From Pseudomonadota bacterium (GTDB lineage Bacteria > UBA10199 > 2-02-FULL-44-16 > JAAZCA01): a DNA stretch of 15,078 nt. Below are positions 7,777-14,960 of this stretch, in pieces. The first letter of the stretch is position 1; every line of letters starts with the position of its first letter. Location of the stretch: NCBI GenBank assembly GCA_043822785.1, contig JBDRBN010000119.1:1-15078 (forward strand). The letters run 5' to 3'. The notes beneath the pieces were generated by a model. That model was not told the origin of the DNA. It worked only from the letters and a program-made list of their open reading frames with translations, and made no database searches. A program made the position numbers and the translations under genes.

Positions 7777-9057
7777 ATGCAGAACCAATCATTTGACGAG
7801 CTAAAGCTCGCGGCGCCGATCTTTCGCGCTGTTAAGGACGAGAAGTACGATCGCCCCACGCCCATCCAGGCGCAGGCGATCCCCCACCTGATCTCTGGCC
7901 GTGATCTAATCGGCTGTGCCCAGACCGGCACTGGAAAGACTGCTGCCTTTGCGCTGCCAATCCTGCAAAGGCTTTCAATGCAGCATAAAAAGATGCCCCC
8001 GCGCACAATGCGCGTATTAGTGCTTACACCTACGCGTGAGTTGGCCGCACAGGTGGGCGAGAGTTTCAAAACCTATGGCCGGCATCTTGGTCTCAAACAC
8101 GCGCTTGTCTTTGGCGGCGTGAATCAGCGTCCGCAGGTAAAGGCTCTCTTGAGTGGCGTGGACATACTCGTGGCCACTCCAGGAAGACTCTTAGACCTCA
8201 TTCGCCAAGGACATGCAAAACTTTCCAGCATTGAAATCTTTGTGCTGGACGAGGCAGATCGCATGCTCGACATGGGTTTTCTTCCAGACATAAAGAAGGT
8301 GATCGAAGCGCTTCCGCGCAAGCGTCAGGCTCTTTTGTTTTCTGCAACCATGGCGCCACAGATCAGAAAGCTTGCTGAGAGTTTGCTCACCGATCCCGTA
8401 AACGTGACAGTTGCTCCACCAGAGTTAACTGTGGAACATGTGCAAGAACGCATGCATTTTGTGGATGAATGTAACAAGCAAGCACTGCTATCTACGATCT
8501 TGAGCTCACCAGATGCAGGTCGCGTGCTCGTCTTCACCCGCACCAAACACGGTGCAAACCGCCTTGTAAAACAGCTAGGTCAAAGAGCCAATGCGATTCA
8601 TGGCAACAAGTCGCAGACAGCGCGCATGGCTGCCCTTAATAACTTTCGCACTGGTCGCTGCAAGGTGCTTGTAGCCACTGACATTGCTGCTCGCGGCATT
8701 GACGTCGATGGCATCACACATGTGGTCAACTACGATCTGCCCAATGAGCCAGAGAGCTATATCCATCGCATCGGCCGCACTGCGCGCGCCGGCGCTTCGG
8801 GCATTGCGATCTCTTTTTGTGACGGAGCAGAGCGACTTTATCTCCGCAACATCGAGCGCTTTCTCAAACGCCCGGTTCCTGTGTGCAAGGATCATCCCTA
8901 TCATTCCGCACGTGCGTTGTGCGCTGAGGGCGACTTGAATTTTGTTTCGCCCAGAAATCGTTATAATCCAAATCGCAGAGCAAAGGCGGGCAAAGGATAT
9001 GGCAGGAGGTCAGGTGCAAAGCGCTTCAAGCGCAGCGGTACAGGGATAGGAAGATAA
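7777..9057 (+). CDS. rhlE: DEAD-box ATP-dependent RNA helicase, RhlE-like
   Basis: Q motif PTPIQ, AQTGTGKT, PTRELA, TPGRL, DEAD, SAT, ARGID, HRIGRTAR and a basic tail. ATG 7777 follows AAAGGA. Confidence 0.93.
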   Translation: MQNQSFDELKLAAPIFRAVKDEKYDRPTPIQAQAIPHLISGRDLIGCAQTGTGKTAAFALPILQRLSMQHKKMPPRTMRVLVLTPTRELAAQVGESFKTYGRHLGLKHALVFGGVNQRPQVKALLSGVDILVATPGRLLDLIRQGHAKLSSIEIFVLDEADRMLDMGFLPDIKKVIEALPRKRQALLFSATMAPQIRKLAESLLTDPVNVTVAPPELTVEHVQERMHFVDECNKQALLSTILSSPDAGRVLVFTRTKHGANRLVKQLGQRANAIHGNKSQTARMAALNNFRTGRCKVLVATDIAARGIDVDGITHVVNYDLPNEPESYIHRIGRTARAGASGIAISFCDGAERLYLRNIERFLKRPVPVCKDHPYHSARALCAEGDLNFVSPRNRYNPNRRAKAGKGYGRRSGAKRFKRSGTGIGR

Positions 9058-9096
9058 CTTTAACACGATTTTTCCATCAATGACGTAAGGAGGTCA

Positions 9097-9525
9097 ATGC
9101 TTATGAATACTGATAAAGAAAGTGTAGTGGCTAAGGAGATTCTCTCATACTGCGGAAAATGTAAGTTGGCCCTAGCCCATACTATAATTTCCATGGACAA
9201 GAAGGGGAATGTTGATCGATGCGAGTGCAGGACCTGTGGAGCTGCTCACAAATATCGTGATCCGGCTAAGCCTGTAAAACCTAAAACAACGGCTAAGAGA
9301 ACTCCTAAAAAAGCGGCCGTTGCTATTGAAGTTATATGGAAAGATGCTGTTTCCAATGCAAAAGGTTCCTCAAAACCTTATATGATGAGTTCGGAGTTTT
9401 CTGAAGGGGATCTCATTGAACATCCTATGTTTGGTCTAGGTATCGTTGGAGACTTCATTGGTCACAATAAGATAAAAGTCATCTTTGAAAGTTCCGAAAA
9501 GGTCTTGGCTCAAAATCGTGTGTAG
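9097..9525 (+). CDS. Zinc-ribbon protein with C-terminal PcrA/UvrD-type Tudor-like domain
   Basis: CGKC..H and CRTC..H; Lys/Pro linker; FSEGDLIEHPMFGLGIV; RBS AAGGAGG. Confidence 0.8.
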   Translation: MLMNTDKESVVAKEILSYCGKCKLALAHTIISMDKKGNVDRCECRTCGAAHKYRDPAKPVKPKTTAKRTPKKAAVAIEVIWKDAVSNAKGSSKPYMMSSEFSEGDLIEHPMFGLGIVGDFIGHNKIKVIFESSEKVLAQNRV

Positions 9526-9594
9526 GGTGCCTTACCTGCCATAAAGAGCCACCGGCCGTTTGCTCTTGCAAGTCCGTTCTGGTAGTAAGGTAAT

Positions 9595-9819
9595 ATGCTT
9601 CTTATCGCCATCGGACTACTATATTGGGATGTCTTTGTTAGCCTTGTGGGCGTGGGCTTTTTAATATACGGCAAGAAACGGCCCGATTATCTTGCCATGG
9701 CTACTGGTTTGGCGCTCGCGGTTTACCCGTACTTCGTTAACAAAATCGGTTGGAGTATTGCCATCGGCGTAGGCATCGTGGCTGTGTACGCCTTCCTAAA
9801 GCGTATCGTCCGCCTCTGA
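9595..9819 (+). CDS. Small membrane protein (74 aa)
   Basis: Hydrophobic helices with SLVGVGFLIYGKK and VYPYFV motifs, which I recall from a widespread small hypothetical family. Confidence 0.7.
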   Translation: MLLIAIGLLYWDVFVSLVGVGFLIYGKKRPDYLAMATGLALAVYPYFVNKIGWSIAIGVGIVAVYAFLKRIVRL

Positions 9820-9830
9820 ACTCTACACAA

Positions 9831-9932
9831 AAGACAGTCGAAGACAGTCGCAGTCGAAGACAGTCGGACGAAGCAAATAATGCGCAAATATTTCAATCCC
9901 TTACATTGTTTCACCCCTTGCTCCGTCTGACG
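9831..9932 (+). repeat. Hairpin repeat element, copy A, with tandem AAGACAGTCG duplications at the left foot
   Basis: Arms 9863-9876 and 9918-9931 (12/14 Watson-Crick pairs plus one G-T), 41-bp spacer. AAGACAGTCG at 9831, 9841 and 9857, plus CAGTCG at 9851. Confidence 0.9.
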
Positions 9933-10084
9933 AGGTGTGAAAATCGCATACGATATGTGGGCCGATCTCGAGGAGAGAAGCTACTAACTCTGTTGTGAAC
10001 TCTCTGATTTCCTGTGGACTTTTCCAAGCCACTTTTGGTAGTGACAAAACCCTTTTGGGGCTATTAAGAAAAAACGACGATTAA

Positions 10085-12046
10085 ATGGATATATCAAAAG
10101 AACAAATTGAAGAGATCGTGGTCGACGAGGAGTCGCGTTGGCAGCGCATTCACGCCGACGTTCTCGATGAGGTGGAGAGAACGAACGGCGATATGCATAC
10201 TAATAGGAAGCTGGCTAGAAAGCTGACCGCTGAGCTCGTTGGCAGCAGGTCGGTTGAGGATAAGGTACAGCTGGCCAATGATGAGGCGGTTGCCCATGGA
10301 CTAAGCAAACTTAGGCGTACGATGACAGAGGATTACGACTCCATAGCCAAACAACTCTATTTCGCCAGGGTCGTTACTGATGAAGATGGTAAAGAAGTTG
10401 AGTTCTGTTTGGGGACATCGAGCTTTCCCAAACATCGCATAGTTGATTGGAGAAAGGCACCAATAAGCCAACTCTACTATAATTATAAGCAGGGCGAGGA
10501 GTTCGATGAGGTGATCCAGGGTAGAGAGCGAAGCGGGGTCATCAAGATTCGTCGCGGATATAAGGGTAAGGAATATGATCTGCAGGTTATCGAGATGCCA
10601 GAGGGTATCTCTAGAAAGGCAGCTGGCAAATGGCATTTTGAGGCCTCCAGCGAACTTCTCTCCAGGTCTGCTGGCCATGATGGGCATCTGCCTCCGATAC
10701 TGTCTCTTATAACTCCTGAACAGTTCGACCTGATCTCCCACTCTTCGGATAAACCTGTAATCATTCAGGGCATTGCAGGAAGCGGCAAGACAACAGTTGC
10801 CCTTCATCGTCTTGCGTGGCTCTTACATGAGGATAACAGCGATGCTAGTCCAAGACGTTGCATGGTTGTTGTCTTCAACAGATCGCTCAAGACTTATATA
10901 GAGAATACGCTGCCTGAGCTTAATGTCGAAGGTGTGGCAATACGCACTTACGATCAATGGCTAGGAAATCTTGCCAAGGAATATGGTGGCGGATTTCCGT
11001 ATGACGAAATCAAGAAGAGTCGCGAATCCGAACAATTCAAATCATCTCCGATATGTTTAAATGAAATAAATCGATATGTGAGCGAATATCCTGATCCCGT
11101 TAAGGGCGCGTATCAAGATGATATTTTCAGATTCTATGAATATCTTGGTAAAAAAGAAATATTCTGGCCTTGCTGGCAGGACGTTGCAGCACAGCTTAGC
11201 GCACAGGCTAGGTCGCGTCGTCGCGACAGGCAGGATGACTCGGTGATGTTGAATTTGGTGTACGCAAGAGAGGGGCATTACCCGTGCAAGTTTCCTGGCA
11301 AGCACAACATCTGCGATCACATAGTCATCGATGAGGCGCAGGATTTTGGCGTTTTGGAAGTTCGTGCTCTATTGAATGCGCTTGATGTGGATAAGACTAT
11401 TACGATCGTCGGTGATTTGGCGCAGAAGATTGTGATGAACCGGCATTTTGGAAGTTGGCAAGAACTGCTTGGTGAGGCCGGTTTTTCAGATACAACGCCG
11501 ATTGAGCTGAATGTCTCTCATCGTACCACTGCAGAGATCATGAATGTTGCAGCTCATCTGAGGAAGGATCTGGATTTGCGCGAACCAACGCAGCAGACGG
11601 TCAGGCACGGTCCAGAACCGAGCCTCATCAAGGCGGATACATATGAGGCAGAGCCTCATATGATCGGCAAGTGGATTGGCGAGCGCATTGCAGAAAATCA
11701 ACATTCGCTCTCTGCTGTAATCTGCAGGTGGCCAAAGCAGGCCCAATACCTGGTCGAGGTTCTAAAGAAGATCGGATATCCATTTGTCAGGTGGGGACAC
11801 AGGGATAGTTTTGATTTTTCACCCGGTGTAACCGTTACCAACGTGCATCAGGTAAAGGGGTTGGAGTTTAGAAACGTTTTGATCGTCAACCCTACTGAAG
11901 CTCAGTTCAATTCCCAAAATGATGAGGAACGTAATCTGCTATATGTCGCGGTGACGCGTGCAGAGGTCCGCCTGGATTTCATCACGCGCGATAAACCTAC
12001 CTCAATGCTCCCAGAACTTCTCAAGGCACCAACTTCCTCTCCCTAG
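10085..12046 (+). CDS. helD: HelD-like SF1 (UvrD-family) RNA polymerase recycling ATPase
   Basis: LYFARV, IVDWRKAPISQLYY, ITPEQ, GIAGSGKTTVALHRLAWL, DEAQD, VGDLAQ, HRTTAEI, RHGPEP, KGLEF, LYVAVTRA. Confidence 0.85.
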   Translation: MDISKEQIEEIVVDEESRWQRIHADVLDEVERTNGDMHTNRKLARKLTAELVGSRSVEDKVQLANDEAVAHGLSKLRRTMTEDYDSIAKQLYFARVVTDEDGKEVEFCLGTSSFPKHRIVDWRKAPISQLYYNYKQGEEFDEVIQGRERSGVIKIRRGYKGKEYDLQVIEMPEGISRKAAGKWHFEASSELLSRSAGHDGHLPPILSLITPEQFDLISHSSDKPVIIQGIAGSGKTTVALHRLAWLLHEDNSDASPRRCMVVVFNRSLKTYIENTLPELNVEGVAIRTYDQWLGNLAKEYGGGFPYDEIKKSRESEQFKSSPICLNEINRYVSEYPDPVKGAYQDDIFRFYEYLGKKEIFWPCWQDVAAQLSAQARSRRRDRQDDSVMLNLVYAREGHYPCKFPGKHNICDHIVIDEAQDFGVLEVRALLNALDVDKTITIVGDLAQKIVMNRHFGSWQELLGEAGFSDTTPIELNVSHRTTAEIMNVAAHLRKDLDLREPTQQTVRHGPEPSLIKADTYEAEPHMIGKWIGERIAENQHSLSAVICRWPKQAQYLVEVLKKIGYPFVRWGHRDSFDFSPGVTVTNVHQVKGLEFRNVLIVNPTEAQFNSQNDEERNLLYVAVTRAEVRLDFITRDKPTSMLPELLKAPTSSP

Positions 12047-12086
12047 AGAGCCCGTGTTCACCACTTGTTCTCTTTGAGGGTTTTTA
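12045..12086 (+). repeat. Degenerate right half of the hairpin element; possible terminator between convergent genes
   Basis: 12060-12084 ACCACTTGTTCTCTTTGAGGGTTTT matches 13099-13123 ACCACTTGCTCCGTCTGACGATTTT at 19/25 ungapped. A stem AGAGAGC...GTTCTCT is present. Confidence 0.55.
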
Positions 12087-12995
12087 CTTTCCCACGCGCT
12101 TCAGGTCGAGGGACTGTACCAATCGCTTTCGGACGCCGGCGTCGCCGGCCGTCGAGACCGATTCCGTCGTCACCGTCCCCGTGAGCGCGTCATCGCGAAC
12201 CTTGAGATCAACGCTGATCGTCTGATCGACAAGGCCGGGGATAGCATAAGGCCCCGGAAACGTCACAAACAGTCCATCCGCCGTCAGCTTCGTCGCGTAC
12301 GCAGCGGGATTGCCGAATGGCTTTCCGTCGTTCGTCAGGACGACGCCATTGCCGCTCTTGGCGATCATAAGATGATAGTCTTGGACCAGCCCCGCGTACT
12401 GCGGGATGTCGGTCTCGGTGTAGCGCGCCCTTCCGGTCCAGCTGCCGATGATAGGGTGTTCGTCAGAGAGCTGGGATGCGCTGCCCGCCTCGGCCTTGAT
12501 CGTCTTCGAGAGGCGTACGACGGCTGCGACAAAGGCCTGCGTCTCCTTGTCCGGCGGCATTGTCCCGTGTTTTCGGACGGCGCCGGGGCCGGCGCTGAAC
12601 GCTGCGAGCGCTAGCTCCGTGCTGCCGAACTCGTCCAGGAGCATCTTGAAGTAGCGGCACCCGCCGCGGATGTTCTGCTCGGGATCGGCGGGATTGGCGA
12701 TCCCCAGTTGCCGGGCCACACCGGGCATCAGCTGCATGAGGCCAACCGCACCGCTTGCGGAGACCGCGCCGGCGTTTCCGTTCGACGAGATCTTGACGAT
12801 ACTCCGGACGAGGTCGGCGTCGAGGTCGTTCTGCCGGGAATGCGTTTCGATGAGTGCGTCGACATTGCCCTTGAACATCGTCGCCGTGCCCTCGCCGCCG
12901 CGTGCCGCCCCCGCAGGGAGGACGACGGCTGCGATGACGGTTGTCACTGCGAGGAGGAATCCGATCGAAATCCACGACAGTTGTGTGCGTCTCAT
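12084..12995 (-). CDS. Secreted lytic transglycosylase (SLT)-domain protein, catalytic Glu missing, with C-terminal beta-rich domain
   Basis: GAVGLMQLMP, DPEQNIRGG, ALAAFSAGPG and ETQAFV motifs. ATG 12995 follows GGAGG; signal peptide; visibly GC-rich. Confidence 0.85.
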   Translation of the reverse strand: MRRTQLSWISIGFLLAVTTVIAAVVLPAGAARGGEGTATMFKGNVDALIETHSRQNDLDADLVRSIVKISSNGNAGAVSASGAVGLMQLMPGVARQLGIANPADPEQNIRGGCRYFKMLLDEFGSTELALAAFSAGPGAVRKHGTMPPDKETQAFVAAVVRLSKTIKAEAGSASQLSDEHPIIGSWTGRARYTETDIPQYAGLVQDYHLMIAKSGNGVVLTNDGKPFGNPAAYATKLTADGLFVTFPGPYAIPGLVDQTISVDLKVRDDALTGTVTTESVSTAGDAGVRKRLVQSLDLKRVGK

Positions 12996-13042
12996 AGTTG
13001 CCTCCGGTGGTCGGGGTCGTTTCACCTCTCGACCCTTTCAAG

Positions 13043-13135
13043 AAGACAGTCAGACGGAGCAAATAATGCGCAAACATTTCAAGAAATTGCGCTATTTAAC
13101 CACTTGCTCCGTCTGACGATTTTATGACGATTTTA
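13043..13135 (+). repeat. Hairpin repeat element, copy B, with tandem TGACGATTTTA duplication at the right foot
   Basis: Perfect 14-bp IR at 13049-13062 and 13104-13117. The 41-bp spacer is 30/41 identical to copy A. TGACGATTTTA occurs at 13114 and 13125. Confidence 0.92.
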
Positions 13136-13156
13136 TCCCACCACATCAGCAACAAC

Positions 13157-13228
13157 TCCATTTACAGAGCTGATTATCCTAAGGTGCATTTGATTCCTGG
13201 TGCTCTCTGTTCAGCTTTTGCAAATGGA
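13157..13228. repeat. Second, unrelated imperfect inverted repeat downstream of the radical SAM gene
   Basis: TCCATTTACAGAGCTGA (13157-13173) pairs imperfectly with TCAGCTTTTGCAAATGGA (13211-13228). Confidence 0.55.
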
Positions 13229-13254
13229 CCTGGCACCGGTTTTAAAAAAAGTAT

Positions 13255-14595
13255 TTAGAACTTTTCTAGGCACTCTTTTCTCATGGTGGGGGGCATTTTG
13301 CTTATGTGGGCTTTGCTCTTATGTAATTTAGAAATTTGATAGTATTGAAAATTCATATAAAGATATTTGAAAATATTGCGCAAGTTTGCCGGTAAACGTT
13401 TGAGTATGTTGCGGATATTGTAGAAATGATAAGAACTCCAATAGCCACCTGCCACGAGTTCCTCTGGTGTAAGATTCTTTAATTTGAATGTCGGATGGTG
13501 GTTGTTATATTTTTCCCAAATATAATGAAGAATCCGACCTTCCTTTTCGAGGCGGGCAAAGAGCGCTGAGCCTGGATATGGGGTGAGGTTGGGGAAATTG
13601 CTCAAGGCAACACGGTTTTTTATCAAAAATTCAACAGTTCTTTCGAAACAGTATTTATCATCGTGATCGAATCCGAATATGACGGATGTGTTTACGATGA
13701 TACCGTGATCGCGAAGGATTTTTATTTTTTCAGAGATCTTCTTGAGATCGGATGTGCCTAACTTGCCCGGCATGTTTACACCGGTTATCGACTCGATGCC
13801 AACGAAAAGCCCTTTGCAACCGGACTTCTTAGCCAACTTCAGGAGCGTGAGATCCTTTATTGACAGCTCCAGCGATGACTGGCCTACCCACGCCTTTTTT
13901 GCCGGTATCAACCTTTCAAAGAGGGAATAGGCATACTTGTGATTGCCCATGATATTGTCATCGATGAAAAAGATGAAGTTCTGTTTGAGACTGGCAATTT
14001 CCTCTATGACATTTTCAACTGGCCTGGTCCGGTAATGGTTGCCGAAAAGATTCGTGACAGAACAAAAATCACAATTATAAGGACAGCCTCTCGAGGTCTG
14101 GACGATTGCATGTGAAAGGGTTGTCTTTTTCTTATAGAGAAGGTCATGACGGAAAGGAGGAACTTCTTTCATATCGACAAGCTTGTCAGCTTTGTAGACC
14201 TTTTTTAATTCACCGCTTTCAAAATCTGTTAGAATTTGTTTCCAAACTAAATCGCCTTCGCCAATCACTGTAGCATCAAAATGACCGTAAGTATCCTCGG
14301 GCCTCACCGTAGCATGAATGCCACCTATCACCGTTGGGATTCCGCGTTTTCTGTAGTATTTTGCAACCTCCGTTGCCCTGGTTATCTGACAGGTCATGGC
14401 TGTGAAGCCGACTAAGTTGACGTCGTCATGATATACATTTCCTTCGTTTTGTTCATTTATGAGGACCACATCATAGGAAGAGGGGGTGTAGGCAGCAATG
14501 ATTCCAAGTGCGGCACAGGGCGTAGTTTTCCCCTTGTGCCCCTTTGTATAATGTTGGGCAGTTGAAATTAGCAGAATTTTCTTCTTTTTCGTCAT
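13255..14595 (-). CDS. B12-binding domain radical SAM protein
   Basis: N-terminal cobalamin-binding domain (LVGFTAMT, IGGIHAT, IGEGD), TSRGCPYNCDFC (CxxxCxxC), FIDDNI, GIES, TPYPGS. Start ATG 14595 preferred. Confidence 0.9.
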   Translation of the reverse strand: MTKKKKILLISTAQHYTKGHKGKTTPCAALGIIAAYTPSSYDVVLINEQNEGNVYHDDVNLVGFTAMTCQITRATEVAKYYRKRGIPTVIGGIHATVRPEDTYGHFDATVIGEGDLVWKQILTDFESGELKKVYKADKLVDMKEVPPFRHDLLYKKKTTLSHAIVQTSRGCPYNCDFCSVTNLFGNHYRTRPVENVIEEIASLKQNFIFFIDDNIMGNHKYAYSLFERLIPAKKAWVGQSSLELSIKDLTLLKLAKKSGCKGLFVGIESITGVNMPGKLGTSDLKKISEKIKILRDHGIIVNTSVIFGFDHDDKYCFERTVEFLIKNRVALSNFPNLTPYPGSALFARLEKEGRILHYIWEKYNNHHPTFKLKNLTPEELVAGGYWSSYHFYNIRNILKRLPANLRNIFKYLYMNFQYYQISKLHKSKAHISKMPPTMRKECLEKF

Positions 14596-14695
14596 AGCGC
14601 TATAAATTCCCTGATTCAGCAGTAGAACTAAGATTGAGCGCGCCAAGCTATTAGCAAAGTTGCGCGGGTGCAATGCTTAACTAGTTCCTGTCCAG

Positions 14696-14745
14696 AAAAG
14701 ACAGTTTAAGGCAGCGAGTATGAATCTGCTCCGCCTGACGATTTT
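14696..14745 (+). repeat. Hairpin repeat element, copy C (shortened, degenerate)
   Basis: AAAAGACAGT left foot, eroded left arm, short spacer, then right arm TGCTCCGCCTGACGATTTT, which differs by one base from copy B. Confidence 0.75.
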
Positions 14746-14751
14746 GCCAAG

Positions 14752-14813
14752 CTCCTCCCCCTGTTGGAGAAATTCCCCTCCCTTGAGAGACCTTTTCCCT
14801 CCTCCCCTTGTGG
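14752..14813 (+). repeat. Three degenerate C-rich units (CTCCCC(C/T)TG..)
   Basis: CTCCTCCCCCTGTTGGAGA, CCCCTCCCTTGAGAGA, CCTCCTCCCCTTGTGG. Confidence 0.5.
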
Positions 14814-14918
14814 CTTGCCCAGTCTACCCACCGAAGGTTTAGTGGTGGGCCGTCGTATTAGTGGCGGGAGCGCAAGCCGAATGTCTTTGCGCTTGCCCGC
14901 CGTCGGGTTAGTGGCGGG
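14814..14918 (+). repeat. Three copies of a 27-bp palindromic mini-element, one nested inside another
   Basis: 14892-14918 CTTGCCCGCCGTCGGGTTAGTGGCGGG; 14823-14849 TCTACCCACCGAAGGTTTAGTGGTGGG; an interrupted copy at 14814-14822 plus 14850-14868. Confidence 0.8.
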
Positions 14919-14942
14919 AGGGCGTAGCGCCGAAGCAATCTC
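14882..14942 (+). repeat. REP-like element TGTCTTTGCG|AGGGCGTAGCGCCGAAGCAATCTC interrupted by the 27-bp element
   Basis: Removing 14892-14918 restores a sequence matching a widespread palindromic repeat that I recall as TGTCATTGCGAG..GCG.AGCG.CGAAGCAATCTC (from memory, not searched). Confidence 0.6.
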
Positions 14943-14960
14943 CTGCCTTTTGCTCTTCGC

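Noticed and set aside
9831..9866. Short direct repeats as a CRISPR array
   Set aside because: Units are 6-10 bp with no unique spacers, and there are no cas genes.
9876..9903. Xer dif site in the element spacer (TAATGCGCAAA...)
   Set aside because: No XerD arm (TTATGTTAAAT-like); an IHF-like match fits better.
9750..9998. ORF sharing the peptide RRQSD.ANNAQ.FQ...LF..LLRLT with ORF 12708..13127
   Set aside because: The similarity comes from the DNA hairpin repeat. Differences are mostly non-synonymous and both ORFs overlap real genes, so it is not treated as coding.
9857..13123. Hairpin elements as integron attC sites
   Set aside because: No RYYYAAC/GTTRRRY ends, no attC-type extrahelical pattern and no intI in the window.
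12372..13127. Alternative-frame ORFs over the SLT gene, including 12463..13077 (204 aa)
   Set aside because: Arg-rich or featureless shadow frames, typical of GC-rich DNA.
14814..14920. 27-bp repeats as a mini-CRISPR
   Set aside because: Copies are nested and irregularly spaced, and the intervening DNA is itself repeat-derived.
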